Source: Octopus vulgaris (lineage: Eukaryota). Taken from it: 64,000 nt of DNA. Below the pieces are notes generated by a model that searched no databases, was not told the origin of the DNA, and worked only from the letters and a program-made list of their open reading frames with translations. Location: NCBI GenBank assembly GCA_951406725.2, contig OX597837.1, positions 45,570,001-45,634,000 on the forward strand. Direction: 5' to 3'. Position numbers and translations under genes: made by a program. This document shows positions 27,120 to 41,051 of the stretch, piece after piece; positions within the stretch are counted from its first letter, which is position 1, and every line of letters begins with the position of its first letter.

Positions 27120-27569
27120 GTATAAATAAATCTGCCATTATAGTGAGTACTCTATTTTAGTCAAGTAATTTTATTTATAAAGTGTGTGTGTGTAAAAAAT
27201 ATATGAAGAGAAAGAGAGGGAGGGAGAGATCGATCAGTGTGTGTGTGTATACACAAATATACATAGATATTTACTCATGTAAAAACACAAACAAATCCAG
27301 ACAATAATGTCTTCACTGTTCAGTGGTTTGTTTTGGCAACGACAGAAATAGAGAAACAAACCACTCCATACCACCACCACCACCCCCGCCACCACCACCA
27401 TTGCCACAACAGCCATATATCAATGCCTCCAACTGCTGCGACTATCACCAGATTGTTAAGCATCTGTATCACCACAACAGCACCACAGAGAGAGAAATAC
27501 CAGTCTTCAGAAAGAACTGTGTGTATATATACATACACACGTCTATGAATGTACACAAGTGTGTATGCA

Positions 27570-27620
<51 letters not shown>

Positions 27621-27686
27621 CCGTGTGTGTACCGTTGGTGATTTTTTTCCTCTGTCTTCCCTTCCATGGATCTTCCCTTTTCCTAT

Positions 27687-27721
27687 GTTTCTGACGAAGA
27701 CCTCCGCTCGAAACATTAAAC
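27687..27721 (+). ncRNA. Minimal hammerhead motif, same family as 5517-5551 (element about 27620-27817)
   Basis: gttt-ctgacga-agacc-tcc-gctc-gaaa-ca-tt-aaac. The flanks are the reverse complement of 5430-5615. Confidence 0.6.
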
Positions 27722-28040
27722 CCTCCTTCTTTCCTTCATTCCTAAGTGTCCAATAATACTATATTTGTTCCACGTCCTCGTGTTGTGTTTTTTTGTGCTT
27801 TCATGTTTGGATTAACTATATATATATATATATATCCTTTTACACTTTTTGGTTATTTGACTGCAGCCATGCTGGAGCACTGCCTTTAGTCGAAGAAATT
27901 GACCCCAGGACTTATTCTTTATAAGCCTCGTACTTATTCTATTATTCTCTTTTGCTGAACCGCTAAGTTTCAGGGACATAAACACACCAACATCGGTTGT
28001 CAAATGATGGTGGGGTGACAACCATAGACACAACTAACAA

Positions 28041-28138
<98 letters not shown>

Positions 28139-28419
28139 CAGGCTTCTTTCAGTTTCCATCTAACAAGTTCACTCACAGTCTGTGAGATGCAAGAATTTCA
28201 AAGTGATTATCCCGTCTTCAGTTACAGAAATCGGTCGTCAAGCATGGGGGGAAGAAACACACAGACACACATATGACAAGCTTCTTTTAGTTTCCGTCTG
28301 CCAAATCCACTCACAAGATTCTGGTTGACCCAAGGCTATAACGACCTATAACACCAGAGAGATACGTCTTTTGTATCATACGTGGCATACTGGCCAGGGA
28401 AAGGGTTAAGCGCTTCTGA

Positions 28420-28690
28420 ATGTTTTCGGTAATTCAAATATCTCTCGTGCCCCTCTTAATTGCATCAGTCTCTACTATTTGGCCTCAGAGTGTATCACTC
28501 GTTAGACGCACACAACTCGGGAATTACGGTAGACTTAATTAGAATTTGTACTAATGATTATCGTTAAAAATAGGTGGGAGGGCAATTAAAGAATATTGAG
28601 AGGAAAGGGGAGGTCGGGAACGTCTTTGTAAATTGAATAAAACAGAACTGGAGGGGAAGATGGGAAATGGGGGGTTGAGAGTGGGGTGTG
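28420..28690. repeat. Unclassified dispersed repeat, inverted partner of 34860-35095
   Basis: cacaactcgggaatta..gtagacttaattagaatt.gtactaatgat.atcgttaaaaataggtggga matches 34940-35010 in reverse complement. Confidence 0.8.
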
Positions 28691-28760
28691 GAACTACTCA
28701 ATAAATAGATACATATATGCGTGTGTGTATATATATATATATATATATACATATAGATAC

Positions 28761-28805
<45 letters not shown>

Positions 28806-29469
28806 AAATGTACTTACAAAATGCACACATTAACCTTGTCTCATTCACACACACACACACACACATATATATAAAAATATAGTATGATATAATATAAAAT
28901 ATAAATGCGAAAACTAATTTCTGTGTGTCAGTGTGTCACACTTTGACTCCCTCTTTCACTATTCAATAACACTTCCTAGTGTTGCGGGGTGAGAGTAATA
29001 GTAGGCATAGAGATGGTGAGGGCAGTGGCAAAGACAGAGAGAGACAGAGAGAGAGAGGGAGAAAAAGAGAGACAAAGAAATTTAGGGAGAGTTGATGATG
29101 GTTTATTAAAAGTAGTAGTGTTGATGGTGGCAATGGGAGTAATAATAAGAGAGAGCAAAAGAATAGGTATATGAGAGAAAGAGGGAGATGATGTACAAGT
29201 TTATTGGACAGAAATTCCTGTGGCCAACATACTGAACCAACTACTGAACACTATCATTTTTGTTTTATTTTTTGCTTTTTTTAATCCATACATGTGTGTG
29301 TGTATGTGTACACACACACACACATATATATATATAAAATACACTTTAACTGAAATACAATGTTCCCAAAATTAAACAAATCCAATATAATAAATGTGAA
29401 TATCAGTGCGTCAGTGTGTCACACCTTTTTAACTTAACTCTGGATCTTACCTTGTAAATTAAACATATA

Positions 29470-29498
<29 letters not shown>

Positions 29499-29503
<5 letters not shown>

Positions 29504-30002
29504 ACAATTTAGGAATGACCCTAACAGGTCATTCGTCCACCAGAAAGAGCAGCCATAACTCACACCGCCAAGTAGTAGTAATTCAAAAATTAGGTGAAAA
29601 TTCAAAAACATTTACCCTAATTCATCTTTTAGACGTTGCAACGTTTCTGTGTCATTAATGATTAAATTAGCTTAATTAAATTAAATTAAGCTAATCTACC
29701 ATAGGTTACACTTCATCAGTAAAAAACCTGGGAGAGACAAATATACACGAGGCGTCTGTATCGATGCCTAGGGAATATCTGTCTTAAAATTTTCAAGACT
29801 GACGTATTCGCGCCAAACTTATCAGCAGTAAATATAAACTGCCGATTCAATCTCAGAATTATTCAGAAAATTATCAATTAGTCAATTTAGGGTAGCAAAA
29901 AAATTCAATAGAAATCTATCGCTACCAACGGCCTAGTGGAAAAGAGAAAATAGTCAGCGACTAAGTATATAAATATAACAATTTAGGAATGACCCTAACA
30001 GG

Positions 30003-30006
<4 letters not shown>
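29499..30006 (-). mobile_element. Non-autonomous hammerhead-carrying element with 34-bp direct terminal redundancy, inserted in (TA)n
   Basis: atataacaatttaggaatgaccctaacaggtcat occurs at 29499-29532 and 29973-30006 (period 474). (TA)n lies on both sides, and a hammerhead is inside. Confidence 0.7.
29626..29726 (-). ncRNA. Type I hammerhead ribozyme motif with long stem II and palindromic stem III
   Basis: UUUUA-CUGAUGA-A-GUGU...(inner hairpin auuagcuuaauu/aauuaagcuaau)...ACAC-A-GAAA-CGUU-GC-AACG-UC-UAAAA. Confidence 0.8.
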
Positions 30007-30038
<32 letters not shown>

Positions 30039-31134
30039 GTGTGTGTGTATATGTACGTATATGTATATATGTGTGTATGTTTGTGCCTCTGTGTTTGTCC
30101 CCCCACCATCACTCGACAACTGATGTTGGTGTGTTTACATCCCCGTCACTTAGTGGTTCAGCAAACGAGACCAATAGAACATGCACTAGACTTAGAAAGA
30201 ATAAATCCTGGGATCGATTCCTTTGACTAAAGGTGGTGCTCCAGCATGGCTGCAGTCAAACAACTGAATCAAATAAGAGAATACATACACACACAATCAT
30301 CATCATCATCGTTGCTGTCATCATCATCAACATCATCATTACACACACCACACACATCATCATCGTCGTCATCATTGTCATCAACATCATCATCACACAC
30401 ACACACACCATCATCGTCATTGTCATCATCATCATCATCATCACACACACACACACACACACACATCATTGTCGTCGTCATCGTCATCAACATTATCACA
30501 CACACACACACACACGCAATCATCATCGTCGTCAACGTCATCAACATCATCATCGTCATCATCATCATCATACACACACACACACATACACACACCACAC
30601 ACACATATATATCTTTCTTGGCTTGACTTCACAAGCAAAGATTTAGAGACGGGGACATCCACTACCTGTTGGATAGTAAACCACCACATTTCACAGTCAA
30701 TGGACAAAAAAAATATCCTCGTACACGTTATATATGGCCGTATGCACTTATAATAACAGGCATTCTTATAAAAGCGGTTATTTCTATGCACATAGATAAG
30801 TATCCGAACACATTCACTCATGCCCTTCACTCACATCCATCCATCTTTCCAATTCTTCATATTTTCTTTTCTCTCCTCTACGTATCTATACAAACACCTA
30901 CGAATATATTTATGAATATTGTAACAGAAAATGTAAAGGTTAGTTTCCAACACAAGTACAGAGAGTTTATAAAGTTCATAACAGCATCCAGGAAAAGAAT
31001 GTTGGAAAGTTCGATTCCAATGGGAACAGTCCATAAATTTAAAAGATGTGTAGCTTGTGGGTGGTAAAGAAATAGGTATTTCATCTGTGTTTATATAATA
31101 TCTGTCTAATATAGTATCAAAAGAAAACCCTTAA

Positions 31135-31355
31135 CCCTTTTGTTACCAACCCGGCTGAAACCGCCTGTAACTCTGTAGTACAAATGTCTTGTTTGCATAA
31201 GTTTTGAATTCAAATCTTCCACCAAACCTTAGTCAAAATTTATGTTCCAAACACTAGCTGAATGATAACTAAGTTATTTTACTAAATTCTTTATTATATT
31301 TAAAGTAATTGAAAGAAACACAGAGCACTCCAAAATAAAAACAGTAACGAAAGGG
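31135..31355. mobile_element. piggyBac-type MITE
   Basis: TTAA on both sides (31131-31134 and 31356-31359). Terminal inverted repeats cccttttgttac / gtaacgaaaggg. Confidence 0.8.
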
Positions 31356-31599
31356 TTAAAGCAAAAAAATAACGAAGCATGTAACCTCTGTACAGAACAG
31401 AAGTATATGGATTCTTCACCATTTTCTTTTCCCTACTCTCAACAAGTATTACTGCAACTGCCTCACAAATGATCATGTAAAACTCTGAGTAACAGCTGGT
31501 GGAGATCTTTTACAGCATCAATAAAATAGCATAATCCTGTACCATTGAGATTCACGCATAATTTTTTCCATGTTGTTTTACATTTACTTTTCTGTGCAT

Positions 31600-32890
31600 G
31601 TGTGTGCGTGTGAGTATGTATGCATATATGTATGTATGCATGTATATTATTATGATGTATTATGTAAGTATGCATGCATGCATGTATGTATGTATGTATG
31701 TATGTATGTATGTATGTATGTATGTATGTATGTATGTATGTATGTATGTATGTATGTATGTATGTATGTATGTATGTATGTATGTATGTATGTATGCATG
31801 TTTGTATGTATGTATGTATGTATGTATGCATGCATGCATGCATGCATGCATGCATGCATGCATGTATGTATGTATGTATGTATGTATGCATGTATGTTTG
31901 TATGCATGCATGCATGTATGTATGTATGTATGTATGTATGTATGTATGTATGTATGTATGTATGTATGTATGTATGTATGTATGTATGTATGTATGTATG
32001 TATGTATGCATGCATGCATGCATGCATGCATGTATGTATGTATGTATGTATGCATGTATGTATGTTTGTATGCATGCATGTATGTATGTATGTATGTATG
32101 TATGTATGTATGTATGCATGCATGCATGCATGCATGCATGCATGCATGCATGCATGTATGTATGCATGTATGCATGCATGCATGTATGTATGTATGTATG
32201 TATGTATGTATGTATGTATGTATGTATGTATGTATGTATGTATGTATGTATGTATGTATGTATGCATGCATGCATGCATGTATGTATGTATGCATGCATG
32301 CATGCATGCATGTATGCATGTATGTATGTATGTATGTATGTATGTATGCATGTATGCATGCATGCATGTATGTATGCATGCATGCATGCATGCATGTATG
32401 TATGCATGCATGCATGCATGTATGTATGTATGCATGTATGTATGTATGTATGTATGTATGTATGTATGCATGCATGTATGTATGTATGTATGTATGTATG
32501 TATGTATTTATGTATGTATGTATGTATGTATGTATGTATGTATGTATGTATGTATGTATGTATGCATGCATGCATGTATGTATGTATGTATGTATGTTTG
32601 TATGTATTTATGTATGTATGTATGTATGTATGTATGTATGTATGTATATATGTATGTATATTATTATGATGTATTATGTAAGTATGCATGCATGTATGTA
32701 TGTATGTATGTATGTATGTTTGTATGTATGTATGTATGTACATATGTATGTATGTATGTATGTATTTATGTATGTATGCATGTGCATGTGTGTATGTGTA
32801 TGTATGTATGCATGTGTGTATGTGTGTATGTATGAATGTATGCATGCATGTACATACGTATGTATATATGTATGTATGCATGTATGTATG
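31600..32890. repeat. ~1.3-kb (TATG)n/(CATG)n tetranucleotide satellite
   Basis: Seen directly. It accounts for the 270-470 aa pseudo-ORFs in the track. Confidence 0.97.
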
Positions 32891-33764
32891 CCTATGCCTT
32901 TACTGTTGAAGTATGGACAGATAAAATGTTATATTCTACTTTTAAGTTGCGTTTAGGTGTGGCTCGGAACAGATTACCTCTATTCATATGTATTTCAATC
33001 ACTCACGTAACGAACAATTTGGTTAACGAATAGGGTTCTGGACACAGATTACGCTCACATAATGAGACCCCAATTCGTGCGTACGTATATATATATATAT
33101 GTAATGAGACTGTAACTGTCTATGCTTTATGTGCATCTGCTTGTATCTACGAGTATAAATGCATAATGCAAAATGTTACTGTGATATGTATATTACATGC
33201 TTGGTTTTTTTTTCCCCCTTTTTCTTTTATTCTTGTATTCCATGATGTAAGGATGCTGATTCTTGTTGGAATATTTATATATGCATGCATGGGTGTGTGT
33301 GTGTGTGTGTGTGTGTGTTTGAAGGGGGGGGAGATCTGAAGGTCAAACGGAGACATGAATAAGGAAAGGTGGAATGGATGTGCGTACACATAGGTCATGG
33401 ACGAATGTGTTCCGGTAACTTACCTACGTGCATATAAATATCCATGTATATAAGAATAATCAATGAGCAGGTATGAGTGCACATTATACACATGCATGCA
33501 TATATTTATACTTATATATATGTGTATGTATATATATATATTTGTACACAGATAATTTTATATGCATATACAGATAAAGATATTCACATACAAACGCATA
33601 TATATACACATATATTCAAATATATGTATATATGTATATGTGTATATATGTATATATATAGACATAAGTTTGTGTATATATATATATATATATATATGTA
33701 GACATAAGTATGTATATATATATATATATATATATATAGATAGATATATAGATAGATATATATA

Positions 33765-33825
<61 letters not shown>

Positions 33826-34169
33826 ACAGACACATACACACACAAAAGGAGTATGGGAGGAAAGGTATCCACAACCCATCTAAGAGAAGGAGACTCCAAA
33901 TAAGGAGTGACTCAGACCATGGCAACCTGTCTAACTCTATGCCAGCATGAAGAGCAGAAATGAAATTATGATGATGATGTGATGTGTGTGTGTGTGTGTG
34001 TGTGTGTGTATACGTGTATACACAGAGTTTTGTATATTGATAACTTCACAATTGAGGAGATATACATATCTATCTCTCTATCTCTTTAAGTATGTATATA
34101 TATATATATATATATATATTGATAGAAATGGTAAGACAACAAAAGAAAGAAAGAGACCTCGATATTATG

Positions 34170-34294
<125 letters not shown>

Positions 34295-34377
34295 TTTACG
34301 AAAAAAACAAAAGACGAAGTCTGGTGGTGTATAAAACAAACAGATATATTAGTTTCACGCTCAGGAATAGAAAAAGT

Positions 34378-34413
34378 CTTTTATGTTTCGAGCCTATGCT
34401 CTTCTACAGAAAG
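34378..34413 (-). ncRNA. Second copy of the CUGUAGA variant minimal hammerhead (element about 34285-34480)
   Basis: Minus strand reads cttt-ctgtaga-agagc-atag-gctc-gaaa-ca-ta-aaag. The flanks match 37780-37950 in reverse complement. Confidence 0.5.
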
Positions 34414-35234
34414 GGACACACAAAGAAACAAGGAGAGAAACAAGGGGAGAAAAAAGGAGAGAAAAAAATGTGTGTAGTGGATATATATATATACATATAC
34501 ATATATATATATATCTGTAAATATAATATGTGAAAAATATTCGGTAGCCAAGATAAAACTGAGTTTTGGATATCGGGGCAGAAACCCACACAGGCATCTC
34601 TTCAGTTATCAGGTCATCAAAAAAGTTCTATGAAAATTACTGTTAAAACAAAGGGAAATTATTGTGTGATTGACCGTTGTTAAGACAAAAGAGCTATTTG
34701 AATGACCGCTAAGTGAGGGGTGGGAGTAAAGGTAAGGGAGTAAAAATGTTCATAGTATTCGCGTAAGCACGCATGTCCATACATACACATGTGCACCTGC
34801 ACACCCACGTACATGTGCCTATACATATAAACTCATCCACCCTCACTTGAATCACACACACTCCTCCCCATTTCCCATCTTCCCCTCCAGTTCTATTTTA
34901 TTCAATTTACAAAGACTTTACTCTCAATATTATCTAATTGCCTTCCCACCTATTTTTAACGATATCATTAGTACAATTCTAATTAAGTCTACTATAATTC
35001 CCGAGTTGTGTGTGTCTGACAAGTGATACACTCTGAGGCTGAGTATTGAAACTGATGCAATTAACAGAGTCAGAGAAATATTTGAATTACCAAAAACAGA
35101 CAAAAACTCTTAAATTCAAACACGTGTTACCCTGGTGACAGTTATTATAAAGGAGGTAATTAATTCTTGTCCTTCGTGACGGGGTGAAAAGTTTGAATTT
35201 GAAATCATTTAATAACAAAGAAGTGGCACACCTT

Positions 35235-35628
35235 CTTTTACTTGTTGCAGCCATACTGGAGCACCGCCTTAAAAGGTTTTAGTCACAGAAATCAACCCCA
35301 GGAATTATTCTTTGTAAGTTTAGTACTTATTCTATCAGTCTCTTTTGCTGAACGGCTAGATTACAGGGACCTAAACACACCAGCATCAGTTGTTAAGTGA
35401 TGATGGTGGGAAAAACACAAACACACACACAAATATACAAATATATATACATGTGTGTGTGTATGACAGGCTTCTTTCAGTTTCTGTCTACCAAATCCAC
35501 TCACAAGGCTTTGATTGGTCCAAGGTTATAGTAGAAGACACTAGCCACCAAGATGCCACACAGTGGGAGTGTCACCCGGAACCATATGGTTGAGAAGCAA
35601 GCTTCTTAGCACACAGCCAGGCCTCCCT
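35235..35628 (-). mobile_element. SINE family A copy
   Basis: Reverse complement of the family A head, body and tail. Confidence 0.8.
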
Positions 35629-37713
35629 ATATACATATTTAATTTTCTTTTTCTACTGATTCCAAAGATCTTAAGTATTCGTTAATTTCAACCATATGTG
35701 CATGACATGGTGATCTCATATCAAGATAAACAGCACATGAGGTGAGGCCCAATTAAAATTTTTTTAAGGTCAAGTAGCCCATCCTCCTGAAAAGGTCCTT
35801 GAATAAGCGTTGTTTAAGGATGTTGAACGAAACATCCATGTTTCCAGAGGCGAATTATTCAAACCCCAAAGAAAATCTCTCAACACATGGCTATGATGCT
35901 CCCCCACTACTTCTGCTTGCGATCAGCGACACACATACTGTCAGCCACTAAGGAACATAGTCAACTGGTTAAAGTGAAACAACTGACAAGCAAATCTGTG
36001 GTACTGAGCAGAATATTTGCTGTAGCCCATCTTTTTATAGCAAGACAAAACATGTACATGATAACACTACCAATCAGAAGCCATGAGACCCATGAGTTCA
36101 AAATTTGAAATTATTATTATTTTATTATTATTATTATTATTAAAATGGTAAAATGATTAGCGGTATTTCGTTCAGCTTTACACTTTGAATACAAATCAAA
36201 TCCTATTTCATAGACTCAACCATGTTCTAAAAAAAGTCGAAAGGTAAGCTACTATAAATCGGCACAAACTTTCCGGACAACCCAATATTTTGAGGATCTT
36301 TCAGCTGATAAAAAACACATGGAGAAGCTGGAGATTTTACATAACGTTCAGAAAGGATGTAGGGGTTTGGGGTGGAGTGGGGGAAGTAGGGATTATTTTT
36401 AATGTATTGAATTTTAGCTGGATTTATTTGAATTTTCTATTTAGCATGAAGAATTTGATGTTATTTGGTTGTGAATGGATATATATATACACACGTGTGT
36501 GTGTGTGTGTGTGTATGTGTATATTTGAGCATGTGTATATGTATTTGAGTGTGTGTGGGTGTCTTTGTTTATTGATGAGGCAGGTGTGTGGTGAATTAAA
36601 AGTAATTTCTAAATAATTTTCTAAGAAATCAAATTTTAAATAATTTCCAATGGGCATGGTCAGGGGGTGTGTGTGCATGTGTGTGTGTGTGCATGCATAT
36701 GTGTGGTTGTGTGTTCATATATGTTTGTTCATACCTGTGGGTATGCTATGAGTATGTGTATGTGCATACATGTGTGTGTAGTGGTGTTTGTGTGTGCATG
36801 AGTACTTGTGTATTTGTGTGTGTATGTGTGTGTGTGAGTTTGTGTGTGTGTGTATGTATTTGTGTGTGTGTTTGTGTGTGTGCATTGGGGATGCCTATGC
36901 ATATATGGGTGCTTATAAGTGTGTGTGCATATATGCGTGTGCATGCAAGTATGCTCAAGGAATGGTGAATTAGAGAAAATAGAATTTTAATTTTAACAGA
37001 TAACAGGAATAATGCAAAACCGAAACGGAAATATATCTGGCAGCAAAGTGAAACAGAAACAGCTGGCAACAGAATCTAAGGTCAAGATCTGTAGTTCTTG
37101 AATGTATGTTGATGAAAGAGGGTGTATATGAAAGGAAATGAGTGTGTGTGTATGAGACAGTGGGTCTTTTATGGAATGGTATTTCATAGAAACGAATTTC
37201 ATTCTTATAGTCTTGCACTGCAAATAACCACAGCTGCTTCTGAGTTTTGAACTGCGTATAACCCCAGGTTGAGTAGTGATGGTGTCTGGAGAAAAAAGAA
37301 TCAAGAACTAAGCACTCTCCTGTGTCAGAAACAAAGTTTAGTCTTGTTTTGTCAGGTACTTCTTGTCAAGAATCTTCCTGTTTTTATCCTGTCAGTTAAA
37401 TTTTCTTTTCTGTTTTTTTTTATCGGATGAATTTCTTTGGATATTTCTGCCTTTCACTTTCCAGCAAAATGACAGTCGGTTCCTCAAGCATTGAGTTTGA
37501 ATTGGGTGATAATCTTTTATTCTTTTATTTTTTTTTTACTTGTTTCAGTCACTTGTTGACTGCAGCCATTCTGGAGCACTACCCTGAATTATTTAGTCAA
37601 ATGAATCAACCACAACACTTATTTCTTAAGCTTAGTAGTTATTCTATCAGTCTCTTCTGCCGAGCTGCTAGGTTACGGGGACGCAAACAGAAACACAAAG
37701 ACACACACACACC

Positions 37714-37759
<46 letters not shown>

Positions 37760-37825
37760 GATGATCATCATTTATCGTTAGCCACTACACACATTTTTTT
37801 CTCTCCTTGTTTTTTTTCTGTGTCC

Positions 37826-37861
37826 CTTTCTGTAGAAGAGCGTAGGCTCGAAACGTAAAAG
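37826..37861 (+). ncRNA. Variant minimal hammerhead motif (CUGUAGA core) in a (TA)n-flanked element, about 37755-37955
   Basis: cttt-ctgtaga-agagc-gtag-gctc-gaaa-cg-ta-aaag; stem I is CUUU/AAAG. Confidence 0.55.
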
Positions 37862-37952
37862 ACTTTTTCTATTCCTGAGCTTTATACTAATACATCTGTT
37901 TGTTTTGTGCACCACCTGTCTTCGTCTTTTGTTTTTTTCATAAACTCTCCCT

Positions 37953-37993
<41 letters not shown>

Positions 37994-38098
37994 GTTCGTC
38001 CTTCGGGTTCGAAGGTGACCATTGACATCATTTGGTGGAATAGCTGCTATGAGACTGGAGGTGGCTGGTGAGGCCTATCCGGGCAAGAAAGCCCCTCC

Positions 38099-38134
<36 letters not shown>

Positions 38135-39433
38135 GCATGTACCATGAGTAATTACAGTGGGTAGGCACTTGGTGAAGTTTATCTAGTAAAGCATACAAAA
38201 AAAAAAGCAGAACATAGGCACACGAGTGAGTTATAGGTAGATTTCCTTCTGTCTTTACAGCGTGTAAAGAAAACCGTTGTTGTAGGAATGCACGCAGCAT
38301 GTGTGCTACAGCAGTTCTATGCTTAGCTTCAATACTGAGACTGAAAGGCAGGGGCAAATTATGCCTACCAAATCTACAAAAATATAAAATATTTTGATAT
38401 TTCATGCCCAGTAATCAGAGTAACCTTCACAATTTTATTGAATTAGGTGCATATTCTGCCATCGTGTCTACAAGTGATGGTGCACGTGATTCGAGTGCAG
38501 GTGAAAGTGATTCAGAAAACGATTATAATATTTTTTATTATAAATGATCTTGACAGTCGTTTTAGTTTACATAAAATATTCTTTACATTCTGCCGTTGTT
38601 TTATTGCCATTTATGAATATCATAAATTTTATAGGTAAAATATTTTTCTGGGAACGAATTACAATTTATAACATTACTACTATGGGAAATTATTGCTCTG
38701 CTTTACAAGTTATTACTTCATGAGTGGTCTCCAGGAACAAATTAAATCATATATCAAGGCGCTACCATATTACATCTGACAGAATAATCTGAATGCTAAA
38801 GGGTTAAAATTGCTGGCCTTGTACAAAAATTTGAAAACATTATTTATTCATTAATCTTTAATGAAAGAAAAGGAACCTAGACTTGCAGAAAATAATTAGA
38901 AGGATTATTCTTATTCTTTTATACCTTTACTTGTTTTAGTCATTAGACTGTGGCCATACTGGGGCACCGCCTTGTAGGATTTTAGTAGAATGGACAGGAC
39001 ATTTCATAAACAGAACAAGAAAGCATCTTTCTATTTCTGTCTACCAAATCCACTGACAGGGCTTTGGTCGCTCAAGACTGTAGTAGAAAACACTTGCCCA
39101 AGGTGCCAAGCAATGGGACTGAACTTGGAACTGTGTGGCTGGGAAGCAAACTTCTCACCACAGAGCCACAACAATTCCTTGTATGTATATATATATATAT
39201 ATAAAAGAGGCTTCTTTCAGTTTCCATCTACCAAATCCACAGCCCAAGACACTTGCCCAAGGTTCCATGCAGTGGGATTGAACCCAGAACCATAGCGTTG
39301 AGGAGCAGACTTCTTACCACACAGCCATGCCTTTTTACATTATAAGAACTTTGATATTTCAAGACAATTGAAGTAAGTTATTTTTTTAGTGGAAGTTAAA
39401 AAGATAAAGCTATAATTAATAACATGTAGAAAA

Positions 39434-39845
39434 TCATCATCATCATCATCATCATTTAGCGTCCGTTTTCCATGCTAGCATGGGTTGGACGGTTCAACTG
39501 GGGTCTGGGGAGCCCGAAGGCTGCACCAGGCCAGTCAGATCTGGCAGTGTTTCTACAGCTGGATGCTCTTCCTAACGCCAACCACTCCGAGAGTGTAGTG
39601 GGTGATTTTATGTGCCACCGACACAGGTGCCAGACGAGGCTGGCGAACGGCCACGCTCGGATGGTGTTTTTATGTGCCACCGACACAGGTGCCAGACGAG
39701 GCTGGCAGACGGCCACGCTCGGATGGTGTTTTTATGTGCCACCGACACAGGTGCCAGATGAGGCTGGCGGACGGCCACGATCGGATGGTGTTTGTTACGT
39801 CCCCAAAGCACGGAGGCCAGTCTAAGCGGTACTGGCTACGGCCAC
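39434..39845 (-). mobile_element. Family C copy with three internal ~61-62-bp tandem repeats
   Basis: ttttatgtgccaccgacacaggtgccagacgaggctggc...ggccacg.tcggatggtg repeated three times at about 39606-39792. Confidence 0.85.
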
Positions 39846-41051
39846 GTTTAAAAAAGTTTTTTTTAAAAACTTAGAATAGTCTTTGAGTTTTACCATCCAA
39901 AGAGTTTTTTAACCCAATATTCTCTATATTATTTATAGTTTTATCTACTTTGAGTTCAACCGCAGAACATAATTTGGAGCAGTATTTCAGTGTCACCTGT
40001 ACATACCGAATATCTAAAAGACATCAGGATTTATTGATTCTGAGGAGGAGTGGGGTTATTACATGGCCAATCACTGCATCGATGCTTTCGTTAGTGAACT
40101 GGAAGGATTAAAAAACAAGCAAAAAAAAAATAAATATTGATTTATCTTTCTTTTCCTTGTTTCAGTCAGTGGACTCAGGCTGCGCTAAGGCGTGGCCTTT
40201 GAGGGTTTGGATCGAGCAAAATGAACACCAGTAGTCAATTTTTTTAAAGTCTGGAACTTATTCTATCGGCCTCTTTGGCCAAACAGCTATGTTACAGGGA
40301 CATAAACAAACCAGCACAAGTTGTTAAGCATCATCATCATCATCATCGTTTAATGTCCGTTCTCCATGCTAGCATGGGTTGGACGGTTCAAGTGGGGTCT
40401 GGGAAGCCAGGAGGCTGCACCAGGCCCAGACTGATCTGGCAGTGTTTCTACAGCTGGATGCTCTTCCTAACGCCAACCACTCCGTGAGCAACGGTAAGAA
40501 CAAATACAACACAAACACACACACACACACACACACTTTTCTCTCTATATATAAAAATACATATCCTCCTCCTCCTCCTCATCCTCCTCCTTATCCTCCT
40601 CATCATCATCGTTTAATGTCCACTTTTCATGCTAGCAAGGGTTGGACGATTTTGACTGAGGGCTGGCAAACCAGATGGCTGCACCAGGCTCCAATCTTGA
40701 TCTGGCAGAGTTTCTACAGCTGGATGCCCTTCCTAACGCCAACCACTCCGAGAGTGTAGTGGGTGCTTTTTGCATGCCACCGGCACGGGGGGCCAGTCAG
40801 GTGGTACAGGCAATGACCTCGCTCATTCATTGTCCATGCTGACATGGGATGGACAATTTGACATTGCAGGGTACATGTGAGAGGCTGGATCTAGCCAGTT
40901 TAGATGCTAAAGAGTTAAACATATTTTAAACAAAATTTTCTCGACCAATGCTACAATAAACAATATTTGTGAACTTTTGACAATAACCAAGAGGTGATAA
41001 TCATTTAACACATTCTACAGCAAATGACTTAATCTCAGACTTTGTACTTAC

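Noticed and set aside
31463-31581. Unique segment KSKCKTTWKKLCVNLNGTG... after a CAG
   Set aside because: It is open only in phase 0 while the host intron is phase 2, and the pyrimidine tract is poor. It is a counter-example to the in-phase exon pattern.
31463-32956. Longest ORFs in the track (273-472 aa, HTYI/MYVC repeats)
   Set aside because: They are translations of the TATG/CATG satellite and are open on both strands simply because the repeat has few stops.
39606-39792. Three ~61-bp direct repeats, CRISPR-like at a glance
   Set aside because: They are contiguous tandem units without unique spacers, inside a retroposon, in a eukaryotic context with no cas genes.
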